Positions 1-10,184 of a stretch of DNA of 64,000 bases are shown one piece after another (positions within the stretch are counted from its first letter, which is position 1; each line of letters opens with the position of its first letter). The notes below the pieces were generated by a model. The model was not told the origin of the DNA. It did no database searches and saw only the letters and a program-made list of their open reading frames with translations. Source of the DNA: an uncultured Bacteroides sp. (lineage in GTDB: Bacteria; Bacteroidota; Bacteroidia; Bacteroidales; Muribaculaceae); the NCBI GenBank assembly GCA_964555405.1, contig CAZKSF010000001.1, positions 26,536 to 90,535 on the forward strand, read 5' to 3'. The position numbers were made by a program, and so were the translations under genes.

Positions 1-557
1 ACACTCACCTCAATCATCTCTACCCGCGCATGTGTTCGGGGCATCTTCAGGGGCGTATTCTGGCAATGCTGACGCGCATGATAGCGCCTCAAAGAATACT
101 TGAATTAGGTACTTTCACCGGTTACAGCGCTTTGTGCATTGCCGAAGGTATGCCGCAGGGTGCTCAACTGCATACTGTCGAAATCGATGACGAGCTTCAG
201 GATGAACTGATAACGCGGTTCGAAGCTTCGCCCCGTGGAGCAGATATTCATCTCCATATCGGTGATGCGCTGGAGTGGATCGACAGGCTCGGCGGCATGT
301 GGGATATGGTTTTTATAGATGCAAACAAACGTAATTACCCTGAATATTTTGAGGCGCTTGCCGAACGGATAAAACCGGACGGATATATTCTCGCCGATAA
401 TACGCTCTGGGACGGAAAAGTTGCCGAAGAGCCGGCACCCGCTGACGCTCAGAGCCGGGGCATCATGAAATTCAACGATATTGCCGCAGCCGATCCACGT
501 TTCGAAACAGTAATACTCCCGCTCCGTGACGGTCTCACCATAATGAGACATAAATAA
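1..557 (+). CDS. SAM-dependent O-methyltransferase (Methyltransf_3 family), 5'-truncated by window edge
   Basis: Motifs ILELGTFTGYS, DMVFIDANK and ILADNTLWDG; the frame stays open upstream of the ATG at 30 to the window start (THLNHLYPRM). Confidence 0.9.
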   Translation, partial: THLNHLYPRMCSGHLQGRILAMLTRMIAPQRILELGTFTGYSALCIAEGMPQGAQLHTVEIDDELQDELITRFEASPRGADIHLHIGDALEWIDRLGGMWDMVFIDANKRNYPEYFEALAERIKPDGYILADNTLWDGKVAEEPAPADAQSRGIMKFNDIAAADPRFETVILPLRDGLTIMRHK

Positions 558-581
558 TACGAATAACCAATTCATCATTTC

Positions 582-1928
582 ATGAAAGCATATACTTTAA
601 TTTCATGCGCGTTAGGCACTGTAATGCTTGCCTCGTGCGCCGACAAAGCGGAACAGCAAGCCACCGCCTACTTCGAATCATATATTTCCGGAACCACCGA
701 CTCTCTGTTTACCGGAGGAAATATCCTGAAACAGGATCAGGTTGCAGCCGCGACACAGAAAGTTTGGAATGCGTGGTGCAATGCCGTAAAAGCCGTTGAT
801 CAGGAATTACTGCCTGCTCCCGGGCAACTTGCCGATGCCGATTCAATGGCGTGGCATCTTCCTGCCGAACTGGAGCCGAATGCAGTGATGCCTTTCTACT
901 GGGGCTACAAGGGTGATTCGACTGCTACCGCACCGCGTCCGCTCTTCCTATATCTTCATGGATCGGGTCCCAAGGAGCGTGAGTGGGCTACCGGACTAAT
1001 ACTTGCTAACCGTTTCGAGGACTCACCGTCGGTTTACTTCATTCCGCAGATTCCGAACGAGGGTGAGTATTACCGCTGGTGGCAGCGTGCCAAACAGTTT
1101 GCATGGGAGCGTCTGCTGCGTCAGTCACTCGCATCGGGCGCGATAGATGCCGACAGCGTATATATCTTCGGTATTTCTGAAGGTGGATACGGCAGCCAGC
1201 GTCTCGCATCGTTCTATGCCGACTACCTCGCGGGAGCCGGTCCGATGGCAGGTGGAGAACCACTGCGTAACGCACCGGTTGAAAATCTGCGTAACACGGC
1301 GTTCAGTCTGCGTACGGGTGACAAGGATTTCGGTTTCTACCGCAATAGACTCACATATTACACACTTCGCGCTCTCGACAGTGTGCATGCCATCAACCCC
1401 GATGAATTTGTCTACAATATAGAGCTGATTCCGGACAGCGGTCATCACATCAATTATTCACCCACAACTCCATGGCTCAAGCAGTACAAACGCAACGCTT
1501 ATCCACGTCATATCAGTTGGGAGAATTTCGAAATGGACGGTCGTCGCCGTCAGGGATTCTATAACCTCTTCATTGATAAGGAACCGGGCGAAGCTGATTC
1601 ACTTCGTATACGATATGACATGGACATCACTGGAAATGAAATAGATCTGAACGTAAGCAGCGTCACATATGCCGTAACTGAAGTTGATCCCTACTGGGGA
1701 ATTCCTCTTGATTTTGAGCGCAGTTATTCTCCGGTTAACGATGGCACCGTTACAATATACCTTAACGACGAACTCGTTAATCTGAGCGAACCTGTAACAG
1801 TGCGTGTTAATGGCAAAGAAGTTTATTCCGGAGTTCCGGAGCTTCTTTTCTCCAACCTCGTCAACAGCTGCGCTGCATTCTACGATCCGAAACGACTTTT
1901 CCCTGCCGCCATCACCGTAAACATCTGA
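582..1928 (+). CDS. Lipoprotein alpha/beta-hydrolase (esterase/PHB-depolymerase-like)
   Basis: Lipobox LASC at the N-terminus; oxyanion-type LHGSG, nucleophile elbow GISEGG, candidate Asp (GDKD) and His (GHHI). Confidence 0.75.
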   Translation: MKAYTLISCALGTVMLASCADKAEQQATAYFESYISGTTDSLFTGGNILKQDQVAAATQKVWNAWCNAVKAVDQELLPAPGQLADADSMAWHLPAELEPNAVMPFYWGYKGDSTATAPRPLFLYLHGSGPKEREWATGLILANRFEDSPSVYFIPQIPNEGEYYRWWQRAKQFAWERLLRQSLASGAIDADSVYIFGISEGGYGSQRLASFYADYLAGAGPMAGGEPLRNAPVENLRNTAFSLRTGDKDFGFYRNRLTYYTLRALDSVHAINPDEFVYNIELIPDSGHHINYSPTTPWLKQYKRNAYPRHISWENFEMDGRRRQGFYNLFIDKEPGEADSLRIRYDMDITGNEIDLNVSSVTYAVTEVDPYWGIPLDFERSYSPVNDGTVTIYLNDELVNLSEPVTVRVNGKEVYSGVPELLFSNLVNSCAAFYDPKRLFPAAITVNI

Positions 1929-1954
1929 GCCTACCGTAAAAGTATTAAAAGTAT

Positions 1955-1992
1955 CAGGAAGTAAGCATCATTTAACGAATGTTTACTTCCTG
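1955..1992. terminator. Hairpin between convergent genes, probable bidirectional terminator
   Basis: caggaagtaagcat (1955-1968) pairs with atgtttacttcctg (1979-1992), with one G-U pair. Confidence 0.6.
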
Positions 1993-2041
1993 CTTTCTTG
2001 TCACCTTCTACCCTTTCACAAATTACGGTGTAAATTTAGAG

Positions 2042-2626
2042 TCATTTATTGCTCTTATTGCTTTGATAACTCTGATTGTTTCGGGCGGTTACACGTGCGC
2101 GATACATCTCTTCTTTAATTCCTCCTTTTTCAAGGAAAACAGCTTTGGCTCGCTCTATAACGCAATAAAGCATGTAATCAAGTTGATGACAAAGTGTAAG
2201 AGCTATATTGCAAAAGGCTTCCGGTGAACGTTGGCGCAACTTTGTCAGATAATCCTCAGGTTTATCGTGAGTTTTGGAGAATCGGCGCACCTGTAATGTC
2301 CGACTATCATCCTTACCCCATAATTGTAGATTATTATGCCGGATGAAGTCCCGATAATCTTCACGAAGTTCGCCAAGGCTGGCTTTAGCGACATTGGTCA
2401 ATTTGATTTCTGTCTCGCGTGAGGTTGCTGCTGCTATTGACCCTTCTACAATGTTTTGTTTGCAACTACGTGCAGCCTGAACCATTTGGTCAACCGTACG
2501 ATCACGGTATTTGTCAAGATACGTCTTGACAAACAGGTCGGTAATGTCAACAATTATAAGCGATAGCTTATATACATTCCAATCTTCATATTTGCCGGTA
2601 GGTGCTATAAAATCGTGATTTGCCAT
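2042..2626 (-). CDS. Four-helix-bundle protein with suffix domain (23S rRNA IVS protein/Avd-like, TIGR02436/TIGR04258-type)
   Basis: Characteristic DQMVQAARSCKQNIVEGS...EIKLTNVAKASLGELREDY and C-terminal FLEKGGIKEEMYRAR. Confidence 0.85.
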   Translation of the reverse strand: MANHDFIAPTGKYEDWNVYKLSLIIVDITDLFVKTYLDKYRDRTVDQMVQAARSCKQNIVEGSIAAATSRETEIKLTNVAKASLGELREDYRDFIRHNNLQLWGKDDSRTLQVRRFSKTHDKPEDYLTKLRQRSPEAFCNIALTLCHQLDYMLYCVIERAKAVFLEKGGIKEEMYRARVTARNNQSYQSNKSNK

Positions 2627-2672
2627 CGTAAATGATTATTAATACCTCTGAGAGCTTTAATAGCTCTGATAG
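2052..2672. repeat. Degenerate 27-bp direct repeats built of 9-bp units flanking the four-helix-bundle gene (2052-2078 and 2646-2672)
   Basis: ctcttattgctttgataactctgattg vs ctctgagagctttaatagctctgatag, 21/27 identical; 9-bp periodicity is visible in both copies. Confidence 0.6.
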
Positions 2673-2683
2673 CATCAATTTTG

Positions 2684-2774
2684 CAAAGATAAGGTATTTA
2701 AACTATATCTCAATTAATTTCGACTTGAAATAACAACGGAAATTTGTCGACTGAAAATTATGGGCGTATCTTTG
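2684..2774. promoter_or_regulatory. Divergent Bacteroidetes -7 promoter elements
   Basis: TAtcTTTG on the minus strand at 2691-2684 and on the plus strand at 2767-2774; both match the TAnnTTTG consensus. Confidence 0.6.
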
Positions 2775-2793
2775 TAAAATAATATAAAATGAG

Positions 2794-3288
2794 ATGAACC
2801 ACATAATCCGAATCAAATGCCCGTTTGACGGCGCTGTGCTTTCAGTGAGAGAGCAAACCGGTATCGAAACTAAAACTATTTCTTGCCCGGTATGCAGGAA
2901 TAAATACCCTTTTACGCAATACGAGAGGATATTGCCTCAGACTGACATTTTTGATTCTTTAGGTGTGATTACTGTTGTTGGTACCGGTCATTCATACCGG
3001 TTGAAAACGGGACGCAATATTATCGGTCGTATGGCGCAGAAATCAGAGGCGGATTTCCAGATAGACACTGCCGGTAAACTCATGATGAGCCGGGAACATA
3101 TAGTGATCGATGTGAAACAGAATCCCGGGAACAGGTTCGTCCACATCATTTCTCTCTATAAGGAAAAAGTGAATCCAACCTTTATTAACAACAAACAGTT
3201 GCTTTACGGCGATTGCATGACACTTAATCATGGCGACGTGATCGGATTGCCTGACGCTACACTCCGTTTTGAAATTCCCGGTAGCTGA
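2794..3288 (+). CDS. FHA-domain protein with N-terminal zinc-ribbon-like segment
   Basis: CPFD...CPVC at the N-terminus; FHA motifs IIGR, MSREH and NPTFIN, ending in LNHGDVIGL. Confidence 0.85.
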   Translation: MNHIIRIKCPFDGAVLSVREQTGIETKTISCPVCRNKYPFTQYERILPQTDIFDSLGVITVVGTGHSYRLKTGRNIIGRMAQKSEADFQIDTAGKLMMSREHIVIDVKQNPGNRFVHIISLYKEKVNPTFINNKQLLYGDCMTLNHGDVIGLPDATLRFEIPGS

Positions 3289-3310
3289 GAACAATTATTC
3301 GCGCAGGTAC

Positions 3311-3596
3311 AGAAAAAGGGAAGTCTCACGACTTCCCTTTAACTTCAAATACACAATTATCTATAAAACAACTATTTAATACTAAATTTTATTAATCAAG
3401 CTTAATACCAAATAATCACAGAGCCCAAATCTAAATCGATCTTTCTCTATCAAATCATTCAAAAGGACACGTTACTCAATATAATTTCACAATCATTTGA
3501 GAAACGTTGCTACTTCGGAATATCCTCAGAAGCTGTCCTCATATACACCTATCTAAGTTCTTAAGTATGCCTATATGCATTTACACCTATTAATCA
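3311..3596 (-). ncRNA. Candidate ~285-nt intergenic small RNA
   Basis: Bounded by a canonical promoter (3632-3602) and an intrinsic terminator (3340-3311); the ATG-started ORFs I read inside are 13 codons or shorter. No expression data. Confidence 0.45.
3312..3340. terminator. Intrinsic terminator with GUGA tetraloop (U-tail on minus strand; may also stop the FHA transcript)
   Basis: aaagggaagtc-tcac-gacttcccttt perfect stem; the minus strand reads ...gtcgtgagacttcccttttt. Confidence 0.8.
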
Positions 3597-3601
3597 CATT
3601 G

Positions 3602-3632
3602 CAAATATACACGCTTTACATCGAATGTGCAA
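3602..3632 (-). promoter_or_regulatory. Bacteroidetes housekeeping-type promoter (-33/-7)
   Basis: TTG (3632-3630), 20-nt spacer, TAtaTTTG (3609-3602). Confidence 0.7.
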
Positions 3633-3686
3633 GTATACATTGAAAGCATTAGCATTTTTTAACATAAAAACATAGCATTTTGAATT

Positions 3687-3730
3687 AAAAAAAGAGGATG
3701 ACATGCTATTTGAATAGCAGTTACCCTCTT
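3687..3730 (-). terminator. Terminator of the lysS-gpsA-pgi operon
   Basis: Minus strand aagagggtaactgctattcaaatagcatgtcatcctcttttttt: stem-loop plus U-tract. Confidence 0.75.
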
Positions 3731-3764
3731 ATTTATATAAAGTTATTACTTAAAATACTATTTG

Positions 3765-5108
3765 TCAGTTCAGACGCTTTTTTATGGCAGCTGTCTGTTC
3801 CTCATAACCCGGTTTTTCAAGCAATGCGAACATATTGCGCTTGTAATCTTCCACACCAGGCTGATTGAACGGATTCACATCAAGAATATATCCGCTTATA
3901 CCGCATCCTTTCTCAAAGAAATATATGAGCTGTCCGAGATAATATTCGGCAAGTTCGGGTATCGTAATGCGGATATTGGGAACATTTCCGTCGACATGAG
4001 CGATACGGGTTCCTAACTCTGCCATCTTGTTCACTTCGTCCACGCGTTTGCCGGCAATATAATTGAGACCGTCAAGATTATCGGCATCAACAGGAATCAC
4101 AACCTTGTGAGCAGGCTTCTCCACAGAAAGAACTGTTTCGAAAATCGTACGCTCTCCCTGCTGTATCCATTGTCCCATTGAATGCAGGTCCGTCGTATTA
4201 TCTACGGCAGCAGGGAAGATACCCTTCAGATCCTTACCTTCGCTTTCGCCATACAGCTGCTTCCACCATTCTCCGAAGTAGTGTAGTTTAGGATTGTAGT
4301 TGACCATTATCTCGATCTTCTTGCCGGCACGGTAAAGAGCATTACGGGTCATGGCATATGTCATGGACATATTGTCGGCTGTAGGTTGTGCGGTCGCTGC
4401 CTGCATCTGGCGGGCTCCGTCAAGTAGTTTGCGGATATCATATCCGGCAACAGCTATGGGAAGCAAACCCACGGGGGTGAGCACCGAGAAACGACCACCC
4501 ACGTTATCCTCGATAACAAAAGTAGTATAACCTTCCGTATCGGCAAGTTTGCGGAGAGCTCCCTTACGGGCATCGGTGATTGCTACGATACGTTTTGATG
4601 CTTCTGCCTTGCCAAGCTGACGTTCAAGCTGTTCACGTAGCAGACGGAAGGCTATCGCCGGCTCGGTGGTAGTACCGGACTTGGATATGACGATGATGCC
4701 GAATTTTTTATCTGCAAGATACTGCTGGAGTTCATACAGGTAATCCTCGCCGATATTCTGACCGGCAAACAATACTTCAGGAGCGCCTTTGCTTACAGGC
4801 TTGTAAGCGGCGAAAGAGTCGCTGAGTGCTTCGATTACGGCTTTGGCTCCAAGATATGAACCGCCGATGCCGATTGCCACAACAACATCACAGTTTTCAC
4901 GTAACGAAGCGGCACACTTCTCGATGTCGCTCACAAGTGTTTCAGTAGTTTCTGAAGGCAGATTCACCCAGCCGAGGAAATCATTGCCTGCACCTGTACC
5001 GCGCTCAACTTTATCCAGGCTCTCGGTTGCAGCCGGACGAAGATTCTCGATATCGGCAGCCGACACTGTTCCGAGCACATCCTGAATGTTGATTTTAATG
5101 GATTCCAT
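3765..5108 (-). CDS. pgi: Glucose-6-phosphate isomerase
   Basis: [35 protein letters not shown] and [10 protein letters not shown] motifs. Confidence 0.98.
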   Translation of the reverse strand: MESIKINIQDVLGTVSAADIENLRPAATESLDKVERGTGAGNDFLGWVNLPSETTETLVSDIEKCAASLRENCDVVVAIGIGGSYLGAKAVIEALSDSFAAYKPVSKGAPEVLFAGQNIGEDYLYELQQYLADKKFGIIVISKSGTTTEPAIAFRLLREQLERQLGKAEASKRIVAITDARKGALRKLADTEGYTTFVIEDNVGGRFSVLTPVGLLPIAVAGYDIRKLLDGARQMQAATAQPTADNMSMTYAMTRNALYRAGKKIEIMVNYNPKLHYFGEWWKQLYGESEGKDLKGIFPAAVDNTTDLHSMGQWIQQGERTIFETVLSVEKPAHKVVIPVDADNLDGLNYIAGKRVDEVNKMAELGTRIAHVDGNVPNIRITIPELAEYYLGQLIYFFEKGCGISGYILDVNPFNQPGVEDYKRNMFALLEKPGYEEQTAAIKKRLN

Positions 5109-5137
5109 AATATTCAGTATAATTTTGTTTAGAATTA

Positions 5138-6133
5138 TCAGATGAAAGTCTCAGACATAGCTTTTATTGCCTTCTGAGGTTTTACACGGCGATAGAGTAT
5201 GTCATATACACCTTCGAGTATCGGCATCGGCACATCGTACTGCTGATTGATCTCATGGATACACTTCGTACCGTAATATCCCTCGGCAGTCTGTTCCATT
5301 TCCATGCGGGCTGCAGTCACCGAATAACCTTTACCGATCATCGATCCGAAATTATGATTGCGGCTGAAGTGGGAATAACTTGTTACAAGCAGGTCACCCA
5401 GATAAACCGAATCACATATCTGACGCGGACGCGGACACACTGCGTCCACGAAACGCTCCATCTCCCTGATAGCATTGCTGACGAGCATCGCCTGGAAATT
5501 ATCACCGTTTTTAAGTCCGTGTACTATTCCGGCTGCGATAGCGTAAACATTCTTCAGCACCGCTGCATATTCAATCCCTTCCACATCCGACGATGTGATA
5601 GTCCGCAGAGCCTTTCCCTGTATGCAGTGTGAGAATTGTTCGGCATGGAATATGTCATTGCAACCGACCGTCAGATAACTCTGACGTCCGAGAGCTACTT
5701 CCTCGGCATGACATGGACCGGAAACGACAAGCATGCGTTCCGGCGCCACATGATAGACACGTTCCATGTATGTGGATATGATTTCATTTTCATCAGGCAC
5801 AATTCCCTTTACAGCCGACACCACAAATTTCTGGCTGATATCAACCTTCAGCTTCTCCATGTGCGACTTAAAGTAGGGTGATGGCATGCCCAAAAGCAAA
5901 GTATCGGCTTTCGAGCATACTTCGTTTATATCTGATGAAAATTCAATTCGGTCAATATCGAATACCACATCACTCAGGTAAGCTGGATTATGACCCAGTT
6001 TACGGAAATCCTCGATGCGATCGGGACGTCTCATGTACCAGATAATGGTCTCACTGTTCGAAAGCAGCAACTTTGCCAACGCTGTCGGCCAGCTACCACC
6101 TCCAAGTACTGCTATCTTACCGGGAAAATTCAT
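5138..6133 (-). CDS. gpsA: NAD(P)H-dependent glycerol-3-phosphate dehydrogenase
   Basis: [32 protein letters not shown]...SRN and EGYYG motifs. Confidence 0.96.
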   Translation of the reverse strand: MNFPGKIAVLGGGSWPTALAKLLLSNSETIIWYMRRPDRIEDFRKLGHNPAYLSDVVFDIDRIEFSSDINEVCSKADTLLLGMPSPYFKSHMEKLKVDISQKFVVSAVKGIVPDENEIISTYMERVYHVAPERMLVVSGPCHAEEVALGRQSYLTVGCNDIFHAEQFSHCIQGKALRTITSSDVEGIEYAAVLKNVYAIAAGIVHGLKNGDNFQAMLVSNAIREMERFVDAVCPRPRQICDSVYLGDLLVTSYSHFSRNHNFGSMIGKGYSVTAARMEMEQTAEGYYGTKCIHEINQQYDVPMPILEGVYDILYRRVKPQKAIKAMSETFI

Positions 6134-6154
6134 AATAGGTTAAGGATTTATGAC

Positions 6155-7915
6155 TTATTCTTCTGCTTTGGCTTCGCCTTGAATTCCGGCAGCAGCCTCT
6201 ATCCAACCTTTCACGTCGTCAATTGACGGAGTATTTAGTCCGAGCTTGAATTTCTTATTGATTCCACAGAGTTCCTGATGGAGTTTACCATGCGAGGATG
6301 CAGATCCAAGTGCGTTTACAGTCAGTACACCTGCCTTATGCAATGGAGCAACCCATTCTTCCGGTACCCCGGCGGCGGCAAAAGCGGCGGCTGAATCGCG
6401 GCGCACAACCTTCTCGGGGCGCATCTGCGGGAAGAACAATACCTCCTGTATGGTCGGATTGCCTGTCATTATCATTGCCAGACGGTCGATTCCCATACCC
6501 ATACCCGATGTAGGAGGCATGCCGTATTCAAGAGCACGTACAAAATCCTTGTCAATTATCATTGCCTCGTCATCGCCCTTGTCGGCAAGACGCATCTGCT
6601 CTACAAACCGCTCGTACTGATCTATCGGGTCGTTAAGCTCGGAATAGGCATTGCAGAGTTCCTTACCGTTGACCATCAGTTCGAATCGCTCTGTCAATTC
6701 CGGATTGTCACGATGTTTCTTGGTGAGAGGTGACATTTCGATAGGATAATCGATAATAAACGTCGGCTGGATGTACTTACCTTCGGAAGTTTCTCCGAAT
6801 ATTTCATCGATAAGCTTTCCTTTACCCATGGACGGATCAGTCTCTACGCCTAATTTCGCGCATACTTCACGTAATTGCTCTTCGTCCATTCCTGAAATAT
6901 CGATACCGGTGTTTTCCTTGATAGCGTCAATCATTGTGACACGACGGAACGGAGCCTTAAAGCTTATGACATTATCACCGACTTTAACCTCGGTCGTACC
7001 ATTGACATCAATACATATCTTCTCAAGAAGTTGCTCGGTAAAGCACATCATCCAGTTGTAATCCTTATATGCCACATATATTTCCATACATGTGAATTCC
7101 GGATTATGGGTACGGTCCATACCCTCGTTGCGGAAATTTTTTCCAATCTCATATACACCTTCGAAACCACCTACAATAAGACGTTTGAGATACAGCTCGG
7201 TAGCTATACGCAGATACAGGTCAATATTAAGCGAATTATGGTGTGTGATAAACGGACGTGCCGCCGCTCCGCCGGCAATAGACTGCAGTATAGGGGTCTC
7301 CACCTCCATATAACCGTGCGAATTGAAAAATTCACGCATCGAATTAAGTATCTTCGAACGCTTGATGAAAATTTCTTTCACGCCGTCATTGACAATGAGA
7401 TCGACATAACGCTGACGGTAGCGGAGTTCAGGATCCTCGAACGCATCATATGTCACGCCATCCTTGACCTTGACAATCGGGAGCGGACGGAGCGCTTTGC
7501 TCAGCACCGTGAGTTCCGAAGCATGTACGGTAATCTCTCCCATCTGTGTACGGAATACGTATCCCTTCACACCGATAAAGTCGCCTATATCAAGCAGCTT
7601 TTTCACTACTGTGTTATAAAGTTCTTTATTTTCACCCGGGCAGAGATCATCGCGGCTTATATACACCTGCACACGCCCACGTGAGTCCTGTAATTCGAGA
7701 AAGGTTGCCTTTCCCATAACGCGCCGGCTCATAAGTCTGCCGGCGACAGTCACGTCACGCCGCGGAGCTTCGTCCTTAAAATTTGCCTTTATTTCATCAG
7801 AATATGCATCGACGGGATATTCCGCAGCAGGATAAGGGTCAATCCCGAGACGGCGCATTTCTTCAAGAGTATTCCGGCGAACTATCTCCTGTTCGCTGAG
7901 TTCAAGTATGTTCAT
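6155..7915 (-). CDS. lysS: Lysine--tRNA ligase (class II) with Bacteroidetes C-terminal extension
   Basis: [35 protein letters not shown] and GIDRL motifs; start placed at ATG 7915 ([10 protein letters not shown]). Confidence 0.98.
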   Translation of the reverse strand: MNILELSEQEIVRRNTLEEMRRLGIDPYPAAEYPVDAYSDEIKANFKDEAPRRDVTVAGRLMSRRVMGKATFLELQDSRGRVQVYISRDDLCPGENKELYNTVVKKLLDIGDFIGVKGYVFRTQMGEITVHASELTVLSKALRPLPIVKVKDGVTYDAFEDPELRYRQRYVDLIVNDGVKEIFIKRSKILNSMREFFNSHGYMEVETPILQSIAGGAAARPFITHHNSLNIDLYLRIATELYLKRLIVGGFEGVYEIGKNFRNEGMDRTHNPEFTCMEIYVAYKDYNWMMCFTEQLLEKICIDVNGTTEVKVGDNVISFKAPFRRVTMIDAIKENTGIDISGMDEEQLREVCAKLGVETDPSMGKGKLIDEIFGETSEGKYIQPTFIIDYPIEMSPLTKKHRDNPELTERFELMVNGKELCNAYSELNDPIDQYERFVEQMRLADKGDDEAMIIDKDFVRALEYGMPPTSGMGMGIDRLAMIMTGNPTIQEVLFFPQMRPEKVVRRDSAAAFAAAGVPEEWVAPLHKAGVLTVNALGSASSHGKLHQELCGINKKFKLGLNTPSIDDVKGWIEAAAGIQGEAKAEE

Positions 7916-7986
7916 GATCGTATTAATCAGTCTTAAATAATACTTCGCAAATTTACTAATTTTTTTCATCACGGCAATATGCTCTG

Positions 7987-8514
7987 TCAGTGGCTCACAA
8001 GCATATATTCACCCTGAAGACCAGGTCCCACAAAATAGTGGGTGAGAGCGTAACCTTCCTTTGCCGCCGGTCCGCTCAGCGGTCCTCCGTAACGGAAAAT
8101 ATCATAGGTTGAATGGCATACTGGGCACTCCCCGCGAGGCTCACCTCCATCGTAAAGAATCGCATTTATGCGCACATCGGCACGCACTTCAACCGGACAC
8201 GCCAGATCGTAAGCACGGTAATCACCGTTATAGTCACACACCAGCAGAATGCCGCCAAAGCCGGTTGCCGACATTGATGTATACGGGAACCCCTGAGGTT
8301 CATAGAGCTGCCTGACAAACCTGCGTGCCTCCACCGCACCACCTACACCATATGTCACCCATTCTCCCTGTGTATTGAAGGGTATATAAACCGGCATATA
8401 GGGAATACGGTCATCGTCCACCGTGTGGCAACTCTGAAGCCACCACGCGATGGACGTTATAATCATCGTAAAAACAGCGTGTCGCAATATGTTACGACTT
8501 AGCGCCATCCGCAC
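7987..8514 (-). CDS. Conserved hypothetical lipoprotein with Rieske-like Cys motifs
   Basis: Lipobox LQSC; YDLACP...[10 protein letters not shown]. The start codon may lie a few codons downstream. Confidence 0.65.
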   Translation of the reverse strand: MRMALSRNILRHAVFTMIITSIAWWLQSCHTVDDDRIPYMPVYIPFNTQGEWVTYGVGGAVEARRFVRQLYEPQGFPYTSMSATGFGGILLVCDYNGDYRAYDLACPVEVRADVRINAILYDGGEPRGECPVCHSTYDIFRYGGPLSGPAAKEGYALTHYFVGPGLQGEYMLVSH

Positions 8515-8926
8515 GGAAAAAAGTTCCTATAAGTTCAGCAAATTTATCAGCAGCTTCCTGCATCTTACCTCCTACCATGGGTCGCAACACTACAGGAATC
8601 TCAACGTCAATGGTGCTGACAACTCCTGTTTTATCGCCCGCTTCCGAAAGGTCAAGTGACAGCATCATCGGCACAGGTGAATTTTTTGCTTTCAAAGCAA
8701 CATGTTTAGGAGCTACCCGGTCGGTCACTTCAAATACCATCTCCCCTACTGGTGCGGCATTTATCACAATCGAATCCGGAGTGAAACGTACTTCTCCTAT
8801 TTTACCGCGTATTTCATCAGGGAGTTCATCAAGACGCGACTGATATGCCGAGAAATCACTCAGACGTGCATATGCGGTTTCTATCGGAGCATCGATAACC
8901 ACCGGTTTACTTGAATATTTAGCCAT
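8492..8926 (-). CDS. SRPBCC/START-fold family protein
   Basis: Size, position downstream of pyrE as in other Bacteroidales, and C-terminal helix LRPMVGGKMQEAADKFA; start placed at ATG 8926. Confidence 0.75.
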   Translation of the reverse strand: MAKYSSKPVVIDAPIETAYARLSDFSAYQSRLDELPDEIRGKIGEVRFTPDSIVINAAPVGEMVFEVTDRVAPKHVALKAKNSPVPMMLSLDLSEAGDKTGVVSTIDVEIPVVLRPMVGGKMQEAADKFAELIGTFFRADGAKS

Positions 8927-8940
8927 AAATGAAGCGGGAA

Positions 8941-9588
8941 TTAGTCTTTCTTTTCTGCGGGTGCCCAATTCGCCGGATCCTCACGCCACTCTTTGAGAGT
9001 GTCAAGATCATCGGGACAGATATATCCTGAAGCAAGAGCGGCTTCAAGCATCGCATTATAATTGCTCAAGGTAAGCAGACGCACATTTGCCGCCTCGAAT
9101 TGCTCACGTGCTACCGGGAAGCCGTAAGTGAACATGGCAGCCATTCCGATAACTTCGCAACCTGCGGCGCGGATTGCCTCACAAGCTTTAAGGCTGCTTT
9201 TACCGGTCGAGATAAGATCTTCGATCACCACTACGCGCTGACCAGGAGTAAGATTACCTTCAATAAGATTCTCAAGACCGTGGTCTTTAGGCGTGGAACG
9301 AACATATACGTAAGGAAGCCCGAGTTCATCAGCAACGAGCGCGCCCTGGGCAATCGCTCCGGTGGCTACACCGGCTATTGCATCCGGACGGGCAAAATTC
9401 TCCATTATCATACGGCAGAGTTCAACCTTGATAAAGGTTCTTATCTCAGGATAGGAAAGAGTTTTACGATTATCGGTATAAATTGGTGAATTCCATCCCG
9501 AAGCCCAGGTGAAAGGTAACTCGGGCTGTAGTTTTATAGCACTAATTTTAAGGAGTTTTTCTGCCAAAAGGCGATCTATCTGTTCCAT
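8941..9588 (-). CDS. pyrE: Orotate phosphoribosyltransferase
   Basis: FTWASGWNSPIYTDNR, GVATGAI and PRPP-binding VVVIEDLISTGKS; start at ATG 9588. Confidence 0.97.
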   Translation of the reverse strand: MEQIDRLLAEKLLKISAIKLQPELPFTWASGWNSPIYTDNRKTLSYPEIRTFIKVELCRMIMENFARPDAIAGVATGAIAQGALVADELGLPYVYVRSTPKDHGLENLIEGNLTPGQRVVVIEDLISTGKSSLKACEAIRAAGCEVIGMAAMFTYGFPVAREQFEAANVRLLTLSNYNAMLEAALASGYICPDDLDTLKEWREDPANWAPAEKKD

Positions 9589-9695
9589 AATTCGCGAAAA
9601 TGAGATTTGATATACATGTTTGCACTGCAAAGTTACATATTTACCATCGTTTACGCAAATCTATTACATATATTAAATATCATTTGCACTCGCTG

Positions 9696-10181
9696 TCAGC
9701 CCCGTGTTGCTGAATAAGTGATATGCTTGAATATCAGGATAGGTATCATCTGTCCTATTACCATACACAATATGACGAATCCACATGTGAGACCATTGAA
9801 TTCACACAGGTAAAAATAGTGTGAGAACTCTCCTTCGCCTTCGGTGGAAAGTGCGAGTACGAATGCCTGCACCGTCCGGTAAGCATAAATACCCGGTATC
9901 ATAGGCAACAGCGAGGGGTAAGCAAACGTTTCAGGCGGACATTTCACGCGCGGGGCGAAGAACACTGCAAGCAACCCTACGGTCAGCGCTCCGACAAGTG
10001 ATGCAAAAACTATATTCAGCCCGGCATAATTCATCAGACAGAAACGTGTGATGTGACCTACAGCTGCGATCAGGGCACAATAGCCGATCGCTATACGCGG
10101 AGGATTGCTTATCGCCGCAAATCCTACAGCAGCCAGAGCTGCGAAAAAGCCGTCCTGTAAAATTGCCCAGATTATTTCCAT
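9696..10181 (-). CDS. Threonine/serine exporter family, small membrane subunit (ThrE_2)
   Basis: Hydrophobic helices, GFAAISNPP and LLPMIPGIYAY motifs; paired with the adjacent ThrE gene. Confidence 0.85.
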   Translation of the reverse strand: MEIIWAILQDGFFAALAAVGFAAISNPPRIAIGYCALIAAVGHITRFCLMNYAGLNIVFASLVGALTVGLLAVFFAPRVKCPPETFAYPSLLPMIPGIYAYRTVQAFVLALSTEGEGEFSHYFYLCEFNGLTCGFVILCMVIGQMIPILIFKHITYSATRG

Positions 10182-10184
10182 AGC

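Noticed and set aside
2042-2626. Diversity-generating retroelement suggested by the Avd-like fold
   Set aside because: No reverse transcriptase and no TR/VR pair with adenine-specific mismatches were seen in the window.
6155-6400. C-terminal extension of LysRS
   Set aside because: This is a usual feature of Bacteroidetes lysS, not novel.
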